Assembly: GCF_001194135.2 (NCBI RefSeq)
Contig: NC_068994.1
Location: 36,645,995-36,709,994, forward strand
Origin: Octopus bimaculoides
Lineage: Eukaryota
Direction of reading: 5' to 3'
DNA length: 64,000 nucleotides
In this document: positions 52,280-64,000 of the stretch, one piece after another
Position numbering within the stretch: position 1 is the first letter of the stretch
Layout: each line of letters begins with the position of its first letter
Position numbers and translations under genes: made by a program
The notes under the pieces: model-generated
Told to the model about the DNA's origin: nothing
Databases searched by the model: none
Seen by the model: the letters and a program-made list of their open reading frames with translations, nothing else

Positions 52280-53850
52280 CATCATCATCATCATTTAACG
52301 TCTGCCCTCCATGCTGGTATGGGTGGGACGGAACTGACCAGGAAGAAGCCTGCACCAGACTTCTGTAACTGTTTTGGCAGGATTTTTACAGCTGGCCGCC
52401 CTTCCTAACACTAAACACTCAGCAGAGTGGACTTAATGCTTTTTATGTGACACAAATACAGGCATGGTCAGTTTTGGCAAGGTTTTTACAGCTGGACGCC
52501 CTTCCAAACACCAACCACTTTACAGTGTGGACTGGGTGCTTTCAAGTAGTACCTGCACTGACAGTGTCCCCAAGTACTTGCAAGACAAAAAAAAAAAAAA
52601 AAAAAAGAAAACTTCCAAGAGGTGAGAGGACATTGGAGGAAGTGATATTGTGTCAGATGATGAAAAGGTTATAGTGAGAGAGAGACAGAAACAGGTGTCT
52701 TGCTGTGGAGGAGGTACAAGGTTACTTGACTCGAGAGAGAGAGAGAGAAATCGATCAGGAATGAAGACAGAGACAGGTGCACTGCTACAAAGGAAATACA
52801 TGGTTGCCCAACCTGAGAGAAGTACAGAAGGAGAGAGAGAGTGGAAGACAGCAGGATAGAGATGGCAGCAAAATGCAGGGCATACTCAGAATATAAATGG
52901 AATGGTTGAGTGAAGGAAGAGAGAGGTATAGATGGTGGCAAGTGCCAAGGCATACACTTGAGGTTCGAATGCCATAATATAAGTGGCAAGATATTGTGAA
53001 GGAAGCATGATTAAAGAGTGCAGAGGTGGTGGTGGTGGGCTAGTGAGTGATATATATATGAGTGCGTGAGCAAGTAGTTCAGAAATTCACTTCACAACCT
53101 TGCTACTGCAAGTTCAATACCACTGTATAGGACCTTATTCAAATATTTCTTGATGCACCATCAGTTCAAGCCAAGCCTTTTAGGTAAAACTGGGTAGACA
53201 AAGTGGAAACGTATCCTATCAACTGTACTTCTAAGAACTGTATCATATTACTATATATATATATAAATTTTGTATGCAGTAGTATTTATAATAAGCACGA
53301 TATAATATAATTGATGTGGGTTTCATCGTTTTTTAGTCCAAGCTCAACTCTGTTTAAGTAAACCTATGATTAAAGATATTCCAACAAGGACCATCCCATT
53401 GTTTTCTTTTGTTTGTAGGTGTTTGTAGTTCTACATTCCCAGTTAAATCACTTTCTTATAGGCTGTGTTTTAAGGGAAATTAGGTTGCTATTTCTAGAAG
53501 GTATTCAGTTTATTTGCTTGCTGACCTGAATTATAAAATTACAAAATTTTAAAATTTTTTGGTATTTTCAAAGGGAGAAATATTTCTTCATTGCTTAATG
53601 CTATAACAGCTAACGTAAATATTGATTTCAAATTTTGGCACAAGGCCAGCAAATTTGGAAGAGAGGGTAAATCAATTACCTCAACCCCATTGCTCAACTG
53701 GTACTCTGTTTATTGACCTTGAAAGAATAAAAGGCAAAGTTAACCTTGCCAGAATTCGTACTCAGAATGTGAGGACAAACAAAATCTTGCTAAGGAAACC
53801 AAATGGTTGGGAAGCAATCTTCTTACCACACACCCATGTCTGTGTGTTTT

Positions 53851-53886
<36 letters not shown>

Positions 53887-55454
53887 CACATACATACATG
53901 CGTATATATATGTGTGTGTATAGTTTTATACGCCACTAAAGGTATAGGATAGTCATGGCTGGAATGGTTTTGATCATAGGTATACTCAACCCGCTTTTAT
54001 CTTAGTCTAAACAGCATCAACAACAACTGGGAGATGCCTCAGTATTCAGCAATAATTGAAAAATATTGACTAAAAAGGAAGGGAAAAAAGTGAATAGTTA
54101 TTACTTTTTCTATTTTATATGGTTATACCAATTTTTAGATTATTGGATATGTACCTTTCTTGTGACAGATATTTTATAATTAATATATGTATATATATAG
54201 TAATTGACAAAATTCCCAGACTTATAGAACTCTTTGAAGTTTGTTTTCATTTCATCAGCAAATAGTAAGTCATTCTACATTACTTTAATATTGAATTTCT
54301 CCTTTGAATAAGTATATGTTCAATTTCTACTGAATGTCATAAAATACTTTTTTTTTTATTTTATATATTTTTTCTTTTTGTCTTTTTTTTTCTACTAGCA
54401 TATATTAAATTCATTTGTTTCAATAAGAAATGTTTAAGCTTTGCCCATCATTAGAAAATGTTGAGTAACTACAGCTTTCTAATACATATTGATGTTTATA
54501 TTTTTCATCAAGAATTACAAGATCATCATTATCATCATCATTGTTGTCATTGTCCACTTCTTCCTAATAATAATCATCATCATCATCATCATCATCAGTC
54601 TATACACAGATCTATATTAAATTTTTAACAAATAATTATGAATTGATTTTTCTCTCAGTAATTTTCTTATGACAAGTAAAAATATTAATTTCTTACATTC
54701 TGCTATCGACTGACATTAAAAAAAAAAAAAATAAAAATAAAATTATCATAGAGTTAGAATTCATTAAATTCAAATATCATACAAGTTGATGTTAAATTCT
54801 GAATATATTTTGAATTCATCTTNNNNNNNNNNAATACATTTTGAATTCATCTTATGTTGAATAATATATATATATATTCTTGTATGAAATTCGATTACAC
54901 TTTTAATTAGTTCTAAAGACATCAAACATAAATTTTACATCATGCATGCAATGCAATTAAGTGAAGGGAAGGTGTATCATACCATTAGACAGTAAATTAA
55001 ACTTTACGTCATCTTCATCATCACATAAAATAAATTTAAAAAATGATAAATACTTATTATAATGACTCAGCAGAGAGTACATTTTTCAATAAAGTAATTA
55101 TTTTACATTTAACCTATTCTTATACAGACATGTATATGTTGACCGACTTATGGCAGATATTGCTATTTTGAAAATATTTTCACTATTGAAATTCTAGAAC
55201 CATAAATGTTTTCTTTTGAAATTTTTCCATGATTCTGAATTTGAACCCAGCCAATGCCAACTTTTTATTTCATCTCATGTGGTCAATGAAACAAGCTATA
55301 CTAGTCAAGTACTAAAATTGATGGTATTGATGGAGCCTGGTATTATTAATGTGATGAGCTGGCAGAATGATTAGCACATTGAACAAAATGCTCAGCAACA
55401 TTTCTTCTCGCCCTTTATATTCTGAGTTCAAAGACACTGGGGACAATGTAATTG

Positions 55455-55487
55455 ACTGTGTGTGTATGTGTGTGTGAGTCTATACAG

Positions 55488-55543
<56 letters not shown>

Positions 55544-55933
55544 TCTTTTACTCTTTTACTCTTTTCAGTTATTTGACTGCGGCCATGCTGGAGCACCGCC
55601 TTTAGTCGAGCAAATCGACCCCAGGACTTATTCTTTCTGGAAGCCTAGTACTTATTCTATCGGTCCCTTTTGCCGAACTGCTAAGTTACGGGGACATAAA
55701 CACACCACTATCGGTTGTCAAGCGATGTTGGAGGGACAAACACAGACACACAAACATATACACACACATACATATATATATATATACATATATATGACGG
55801 GCTTCTTTCAGTATATATATATATATATATATATACTACTACTAATATAGATAATAGGACAATACAGACAGAAAATGGAATTTCCATTTAGTCCATTTTC
55901 CGTTTCTATTGTTTCTATTATACTCAATGTACA
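55455..55933 (-). repeat. second copy of the hairpin-bearing repeat, with a SINE B fragment inserted in its (TA)n (55545-55810)
   Basis: Both ends are reverse-complement matches to 51565-51733. The apical part of the hairpin is deleted. Confidence 0.8.
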
Positions 55934-56521
55934 AAAATAAGGACACCAGTTTGAATATACCAGTCAATGATAACCATTAATATTGTTTTGTTGCTTAACT
56001 CCAACTCTGAGTGAGTAGACTTATGATACAAGTCATTTCAGTAATAACCAATCAATCCATGATCATTCTGTCTTTTATAAGTCTAATGTAATCTTTTCTT
56101 TATTTAAGACAGTAGGGTGTGATTTGAGGAAGATACGCAACTATTTCTTGATGGCTGAGCAACCATGTAGTAGGTCGTTAATGTCATTTACCAAAGATGT
56201 TAAGGCTTTGTTGATGATTTGCTAATTCTCTAAAGAATTCTCTGGCAAATTACCAATCTGAAGGGAATTACTTGTACAGTGATAGTTACAAAGATTTAAA
56301 TGAACAATCAATCTTTTATTCTTGAAAAGTACCCAAGTCTCCACTAATTAGTTAGCAAAAATGCATTTAAATTGATTCAATTAACTATACATTTTCAGTT
56401 TTAAAAAAAGTGGGGCAGAATGTGGTGTGTCTCATGCTTAGCATAAAGAATGTTTTCACTCCTACTCCTATCTATTTCATGATTTCCTCACCGTTACTCC
56501 AGCAAGTATAGTGAAGTTTAT

Positions 56522-56566
56522 GCTCTGCTGAAGAAAAGCCTAATAAGACTAAAATACATCCAGAGC
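56522..56566 (+). ncRNA. decayed minimal type I hammerhead ribozyme-like motif (Penelope/retrozyme type)
   Basis: GCTCTG - CTGAAGA - AA AGCCT AATA AGACT - AAAA - TACA - TC - CAGAGC. Stem I is a perfect 6 bp and stem II pairs 4/5. The GAAA box reads AAAA, so it is probably inactive. Confidence 0.5.
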
Positions 56567-56712
56567 TACTTATCATGATTGCTGAAAGGATTCAGTAATA
56601 TTAGCCATTGAGCTAATTTCATGTTTTTCCTGACCACTTAGTTATTTCTGATTAGATGTTTAATGTCCATTACTTTAAATATATAAGCACTTACTTAACT
56701 AAAGTTGTTTTC

Positions 56713-56755
<43 letters not shown>

Positions 56756-57441
56756 GTAACTCCAGGTCATCAGTGTCACTCAGGCTCATCACAGATTTCG
56801 CATAAGACACATACCTGCTTGAAGAATTTCACACTTTTCTGTTTTATTTCTTGCTTCAAATGGATTATTTTTTTATATCTAGCTCTATGTCTTTCTCTGT
56901 TTCTAATTTAAGGGTCAAAATAAAGCAACCCTGTAAAATGTAGCTAATCTTTACACACAGACACACTGAATAACAGCAATCAAATAACGACAGCAGAGTG
57001 CACAACAAACTTTAGTGATCTGACTGTCACCTGTACTCTTGACAAGACATGCTAGTTAGTCTTTTATACCTCTCAGGCTCATTTGTATAAGCCTGAGTTG
57101 CTGAATTATTTTTCATTCCTTTAAGAATATTGTAGAATGGAAACAACATGGGCTGTAACTTCTGAGCCTGAGTCAGGCATGTGTGAATGATGTCGAGAGG
57201 ATGTCTGCTATGAATGATATTTATTGACACTGGGCACCTCTAAGACGACCACCAGATGCTGAATGAAAATAAATGAACTGTGACCAGGCTCAATAAAAGA
57301 AACCTGAGTTATTGGCTGCAATTGCATACTTGAAGTCAGTGTTGGCAGAAATTAAATCAGCTTGCAAATACATGTTCACTTTACTAAATTTATACTTGGG
57401 TTAAGTCTGAATAGCCTGAGTGCTGGAGTCTCCACTGATGC

Positions 57442-57478
<37 letters not shown>

Positions 57479-57729
57479 CATATACATATATATAAATGTA
57501 TACATACATACATGCATACATATACACACAAACACACATATACACACAATAAGAAATTAATCTTGTTTTTTTATAATATATCAAATTTTGTGTAGACAAA
57601 GTAATTAAGGATATGAAGACAGGACAACCTCTTGGTCCATCAGGAATTACCATCTAGATGTTTAAAGAATCTGGCTAAATAGAATATGACATAATCACCA
57701 ATATAGTTAATCATACTCTGTAGAAGTGT

Positions 57730-59070
57730 GTCATGCTCAACGACTGGTGAAGCAACATTTTAGTCAACTGTTTCAACGGTAAAGAGGATGCCATACACTG
57801 AAGTAATTAGAGAGGAATCAGTTAAATGTTGATGGAACCTATGGAAGTGGGAAACCCAAGAGTACATGAGATGAATTAGGGAAGACCAATCTAAGGTTAT
57901 TGAGCCTCACAAAGAAGATAAGGGTGAATATTAGGTGATTCACCATACTCAGCAATCACCTAGAATAGTAGGTGATTCACCATACTCATCAAAAATGAGG
58001 CTCTAAAAGCATATCGTTAATGCCCCTGCACTCAATCTGTACCTGTCAAGCATTCCTCACAACTCATTTTCATAACATCCACCCCTTTGACCCTGCCCCT
58101 CTCTAAATATGACGCTATTTCTTCAGCTGCTATCCTTATATGAGAGCAGGACTGTATTTATTCTATGCTCACTTTTGTGCTACCAGTTATCTTTTTTTTC
58201 TTAGAATCACTTCCCTTGCCACCCATCCCTCTCTCTCAGCATCATCCTCAACTGCTTGTTTCCCTTTGAATACTCAACTCTCTCTCAAAGATGGTCATTA
58301 GCACTTCCCATTTTTTTTGTCACTATATCTACACCTGCGTATCTCTGATCTCCATCTCTATCACTGTATATCTTCTCTCTTCTCAACACTTCACATCATC
58401 TCACTATTTATTATTTGGTTGCAATTTTATTATATTGTTACTCTTCACCACATCTTTTTACATGTAGCTGCCTTTCACTCCTCTTCCCTGACCCATTTCT
58501 ATTCTCTTTTTCCTTCTCCCTAAATGAGATTCCCCATTGACCATATCTTGACTCATGTTCACCATTCACTGCATTCACCTCTAACCAAATATTATCTCCT
58601 TTCACATTCATATGGACCTACCCTCCCAACCATCTTTGAGTTTCTTTCCTAATGTTCTCTTTATTCACATTATTGTGCTTTGAAGGTATATTCTGACACT
58701 ACATCAGCACCATCTTTTCTCTCCTTCTAACTTGAGTAGCCATGTGTCTCCACTACTGCAAGACACCTATTCCTGCCCCTCTATCATAAGTTAACCTCTC
58801 AACACCTAGCATAATGCCACCTCCCTCAAAACTACATCCTCACTCTGTTCTTGTATTATGAGTTACTTGATGTCCCCACTAGTGTTGGTGTCATGTAAAA
58901 AGCACCCAGTACACTCTGTAAAGTGGTTGGTGTTAGGTAGAGCATCCAACTGTAGAAATCATGCCAAACCTGACTTTAGAGTTTGATACAGTCTGCTGGT
59001 TCATTGGATCCTAACAAACTGTCCTTCCCATGCTAGCATGGAATACAAACATTAAATAATGATAATGCTC
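57730..59070 (+). mobile_element. old RTE 3' end with pyrimidine-rich 3'UTR and complete tail
   Basis: VDGTYGSGKPKST*DEL at ~57830-57870, CT-rich tract at 58040-58860, tail TAAAAAGCACCCAGTACACTCTG..CCCATGCTAGCATGG..ATGAT. Confidence 0.6.
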
Positions 59071-60472
59071 TCAAAGTTTGCATACAAATCAGTTTTGAAT
59101 ATGAATATATGTGACTTTGTGAGGTGGGGGTGATTTATAGTAAAACAGAAAGAAAGAAAGTAGGGAATCAGGCAACATAAAAGATTTGAAGTTTCATGTG
59201 TAGAGACCCAGATGTTGCTTTATGACTTTCATTTAATAAAGGGAAAAGCAAATGAAACATAAATAGTCTGTTAGCCAGACAGAAATAAACAAAAAAATCT
59301 TAAATGGTTGGAATTATGTTCTGTTATAGAAATATCAGACATTTAGTTTACTGCTAGAATAAATAGTTAAAAAATCAAATAAATAAATAAACAAGTACAT
59401 AACTAAAACTCGGTTTATTTATGGTGCCTGGTTTTTATTTTCTAATGATGAATAACAAAACAGAGTCAAGAGTTTATACTTTTACTTAAAATAGCAAGTA
59501 AATGAGAATAAATATCTAATCCTAAAGTCATCAGTGAAAATGTACATTTATTAAAGGAATATTAGTGTAAATAAACTGACTCGACCAAATTAAAGGGAAA
59601 AAGAGAAACTATTAAAAGAAAATCTATTAACATGTATGCAAAACATCTGAATTAATAAGTATTAAACATCTATGAGGATATCTATATGTTATTACAGTTA
59701 TTACTTGAAAGATACAATAAATTGTTCTGATCAATCAAGGAGATTCTATGGAAATGCTGTAAAAACACATTTCTGACTTTGTAAGTCAAATATTTGCAGT
59801 ATCCTTCAAGAATGTTAATTTATTCTATCTCATTAACATTGAAATAAAAAAAAAAACATCCAAGAATCAATGTTAGTATCTAATAACAGTGTTCATATAT
59901 AAAAAATATATCTACAGTATATGCATAGCTCAGTTGGTCATGTGCTGATGAGCAAGCAGAGATAAAGTAGAATGTCAAATGGTATGTCATTTCTTCTTTC
60001 TATATTTTAAGTTCAAATTCTGAAGAGGACAATATAGACTTTCATTACTACTAAAGGGTCCCCACCTCTCCAAATATATACTATACAGCCATTGTCATCA
60101 ATTCATTTGACTATAACTCCTTTGTGGATATCCTTCTCCTTGAACCAAAGTATAAAATGTTTATTAATTGAGGAACATTATACAAATCTCTTTTATATTT
60201 ACTTCTACTGTTTTGTTGAAACTAACATAAGGTGTATCATTTTTGAGAGGAGGGACATAAAAGTTGTGTTGGTTTTGATTTCTTTGAAAAGTATTAATGA
60301 TAAAAAAGAGAAATGAAGAGTTTAAAGACAAAAAATCAAATCAGACTTTGTTTACTGGGAATTAGCACTTTCCCCATCTCATACAATAGCATTTAACATA
60401 TTTTAATTTAATCTTATACAATGTGTGTGTGTGTGTGTTTATGTGCATGTGTGTGTATGCATGTGTGTATGT

Positions 60473-60510
<38 letters not shown>

Positions 60511-62000
60511 TATTTCCCATTCACACTTTTGAGAAATAAGAAATTATGAAACTAATTTGAAAATATGGTAGTGTATAATTTGATATGCTGTCAATTATAA
60601 TGCATTCAGCATGAACTCAGATGTAGATTATGATATAATTTAATTGATTAGTAATTTAATAGTGTAAAATATATATCAAAAGTATTACTTACCAGCAAAT
60701 GTTGGTGAATCTAGCTAAGGTATTCTATGTTCAAGTGATGAGTATTTTGATTTTCTATGGTTGCCAATGACATCAATGTTAAGCAGGTGTAATTTGTATT
60801 GTTATATTGCCAACAAGATGCCATTCATTATATCATAGCTTTCAAATGTCTGGAAACTGGAGTCACATAGCAGCTTTGAATTGAATAATTAGTTGGCAAC
60901 AAAATGAATGAAACAAATATCTGACACATAGAAAAAGGTTTCATCAAGATCTAAGTGTTTGTAAACAATCTTTATAAATTACTTTGTTGCTGTGATCTTT
61001 CTAAAATTTACATTTAGGCAATTATTATGTTTTACTATATCTATAAGATTTACCAACGTGGAAAATCCCATGTGACTTTTGAAACAAATTAAAAAGAATT
61101 GCTTCCACATTTATTTGTACATGGCTGCATTACCAGTGAATGAGGAAGCTATTTGTTAGAAACTTTAAGACTACTAGTATGAGCTATTTCATTTTGCATT
61201 TATTGAATAAAAACAGAAAGAAAAAAAGAAGCATAGTTTCAATTTTGATAACTTGTTGGCAATTGTTTTTGGGAATATTAAACAAATATTGCAATTTCAT
61301 ATATTTTTTCACTTAAAACAAATATAGCAAAATATAGTAAATAAATTTTGTTTATTTACAACTGAGGATTTATATACAATAAGTCTTTGCGAATATGTTT
61401 AAATATCTTATACAGCTTTTGTCTCTTGTGCTCATGCCACTTTGCACTGAAATTTCACAGTATTTGTCTAAAATAAAACACTTTGTACTGTTTAAACATT
61501 AACATTCAAACAATTGTATGTAATATAGTTGAAATAGTTTTCTTGGTTAAAAATAAAGCGTTTGAACAAAACTAATGGAACAATTCTGTGATAATTAGCT
61601 GACTCTGGGAAAATACAGAGTATCATATTTTAAAATTAAAAAAGCTAATTCTCTTTTAAAAGTAAGGTTATTTTATTTCTTTTCTTTTTTATTAAACTAG
61701 AAAAACATCAACAACATGAAGCAAAATACAACTGTCAGTAATTACACAGAAGCTAAGTTAATGTTTTTCCTAGAAGAATTATGTAGAAATAATTAGAACA
61801 TTATATAAAATATATTCTGATTTGTGCAGTATCTTTCTGTAGCACAGCAGTCATGCTTATTTACAATAATTAGAATAATTATAGAGGGGGTTAAACATGT
61901 TTACTGTTAATTATATTGACATTTTATATTTGAAAAGAACCTATGTGTAACATTGGTGTTTCTTGTTAGAAAAAACTTAATGAATGGAATAAAGTTATTT

Positions 62001-62266
62001 TTATGGTTTTGGTACTTTAGGTACAGATGGCAGGGGTTTGGGGAAAGAAGAGAAGCTATTTTTTATTGGTAAATTCCAAGGTTCTGGGAGATTAGCAGTT
62101 TTTATTCTTAAGGATTTAAGATCAATAACATCATTGCAGACAATTTTTTGATCAACAATTGCTTGACAGGAAGGTTTTGTAGAAATATCCTTGGGTTTGT
62201 GTGATGTCCATGGTAAAGAACTCCTACTTTTGTGTTGCTGTTGATCCTCTTGACAATGCTTGAAAC
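62001..62266 (-). CDS. candidate terminal coding exon of the minus-strand gene (87 aa + stop)
   Basis: Open frame FKHCQEDQQQHKSRSSLPW...PKPLPSVPKVPKP* after a long polypyrimidine tract. The acceptor is the uncommon GAG. Phase fits a GTCAGT donor at 63118. Confidence 0.3.
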
Positions 62267-63118
62267 CTCGTAAAAGTAAACAAAGAAAACAAAAATGTTC
62301 ATTGTGAGCTAAGATTAGGCTTTGTTAACATTGATTTTTGTCTAAATTTAACTACTTTGGGTATATTTCTCTCCAGAAAGTTCCTCCTCTGGTATTTATC
62401 TCCCTATAACTTAGAATAACAAGATTTTGAATGAATATAGCTTTTGTATACTCTTGTAGATATTGTTGCATCTTAATTTTCATTATGATTTAGCTTCTAT
62501 TCTTTTTTTTTAATCTCTTGTGATAAACAATGTGGAAATCTAATTGTTACATTCCCTTTTGCTTTATAAATAAACTTAGTCAAATAACATATATCTATGT
62601 TGATTTGTTGTTCATAATTTCACAATTCCAAACTGTAAGAATCCTTTCTGCTGTTGAACGTATTTGATATTTGTTGATTATTGAAAAATAAATTGCTGAT
62701 ACATCTTTCAGGTTTTTATATTGTTTACTGTTATTAGTTCAGTCTTTCTTTAGCAATATTTAACTTTCCTTTCCCTAGACTTATTGTTTATCAGACACAT
62801 TATAAGCGTTATTTACAAGTAAATTGTAAATATAATTTGTGTCAACAGAGATACTGAATTCTTATATATCTAAATTGTTTTAGATGAGTTATTACTAGAG
62901 CATTTTGAATTGTTAACATCGTCCTTTTTTAGCTCATACAAACTATGTTTGTGTTTGTTTATCAACTGAGGATCATATAGATATATGATTACTTTTTACA
63001 AACTCTTTAAAGTTCCAGTTTATCCAGCAGATAGTACAATATTACTTCAAGTAATATTTAAATTTTTTTTTTTTAGTGGCAACCATATTGGGGAGGATTT
63101 GATACTGGGTTTACTGAC

Positions 63119-63225
63119 ATTTAACATTAAATGAAGAATCATTGGTTAAATCTTCTTCCATTTCCAGGCTAATATCTGCCACTTCTGAGAACGAATTTAG
63201 ATTTACAAACATTTGTCCCATTTGT
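63119..63225 (-). CDS. candidate exon, RQMGQMFVNLNSFSEVADISLEMEEDLTNDSSFNVK
   Basis: Strong acceptor CTAATTATTTTACAG. May instead be terminal (stop after CQ, or at 63169-63171 in the alternative frame). Confidence 0.5.
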
Positions 63226-63396
63226 CTGTAAAATAATTAGGGAAAATGTTGAAATATTGCATAGTTTTTGAGTTTAATGCAAATACTTTTTCCTGATGAC
63301 CAGTCTAAAGCATTTGAAGAAATAGTCTTTTGCAAAAAGAAAAAAAAGTAACTAAAAACGAAAAATAATTGTTTTTCATCAGTATTGAAATGTTAC

Positions 63397-63434
63397 CTTG
63401 TTTTTAAGGTAGTGATATTTTGAGTACTTATTAT
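63397..63434 (-). CDS. candidate 38-nt exon
   Basis: Acceptor GCATTTACAG, donor AAG|GTAACA. Keeps the reading frame between neighbouring exons in two possible frames. Confidence 0.55.
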
Positions 63435-63928
63435 CTGTAAATGCTATACATACTAAAGAGTATGTTATACTAATTTGAAAATTCACACCTTTTTCTAATT
63501 TCAATTTTCTAATTTTTAGATTTCAAAGTGGGGATCAAAATTCTCAACACAAATGTCTTGGAAAAAGAATTGCATTGAAAACTAGTAGCACATTAGCTTA
63601 GCCACAGTCATATGGCTGGAACTAGTTAATGAATAAAGAGAAAAAAGTTTTGATCCTGTATAGATACTTAAAATATACATCTTGCTAATCATGTTAACTG
63701 TTTTACAAAGCCAATGAAATAATTCATGTACCAGCTTTTGAACAAATTATCCTATATAAAGAAAACAATGTTTTTAACAGTTTGAACACTGGAAAATTAT
63801 TCTATAATTGTTTGATAATAAATTAAGTGATGAAGTTGAAAGAGAGGTATTAGATTTAGAAAAACAGGAAAACTGTTAGCCTAGAAGGCTTGTAAATGAC
63901 GGGAACTGTTCTTTTATGATGTACATAC

Positions 63929-64000
63929 CTGGTAAGGTTTCGTAATGTACTGTATTTCTCTCACTCCATCCATGTCCACTGTCACTATCAGAAGACATAG
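63929..64000 (-). CDS. candidate exon running off the window edge (LCLLIVTVDMDGVREIQYITKPYQ or MSSDSDSGHGWSERNTVHYETLP)
   Basis: Consensus donor CAG|GTATGT at 63928. Two of three frames are open. Confidence 0.55.

Noticed and set aside
54800-54855. Short direct repeat ATTTTGAATTCATCTT on both sides of a gap
   Set aside because: Contig-overlap artefact across a 10-N gap.
55108-55200. Acceptor followed by HVYVDRLMADIAILKIFSLLKF
   Set aside because: Hits a stop with no donor and no compatible neighbouring exon.
63293-63335. CTGATGA...GAAATAGTC hammerhead-like spacing
   Set aside because: Neither stem I nor stem II can form properly.
63929-64000. SSDSDSGHG as a protocadherin cytoplasmic motif
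   Set aside because: Low-complexity similarity only. No cadherin repeats in the window and the frame is ambiguous.

Overview
AT-rich, repeat-dense animal genomic DNA from a gapped scaffold (N runs at 6669-7126, 17056-17073, 28231-28240, 28570-28579, 51765-51803, 54823-54832). The SINE/LINE families resemble those I recall from Octopus/coleoid cephalopods; this is an inference from memory, not a search. Most of the window is transposon debris: a near-complete mariner (DD34D), two maT (DD37D) deletion derivatives, a Tc1 (DD34E) remnant, a Buster-type hAT remnant, several RTE, R4-type (RT and RLE), CR1-like and Penelope-like fragments, several SINE families, and many microsatellites. Almost all supplied ORFs are TE fragments or microsatellite artefacts. 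Host-gene signal is limited to phase-compatible candidate exons: the 3' part of a minus-strand gene at 62.0-64.0 kb and weaker plus-strand micro-exons at 7.6-36.6 kb. The more unusual observations are a decayed minimal hammerhead-ribozyme-like motif (56522-56566), three stand-alone long hairpins, a CpG-decayed 5S rRNA copy nested inside a SINE, and an unexplained ~280 bp direct repeat. I found no well-supported novel multi-gene system.
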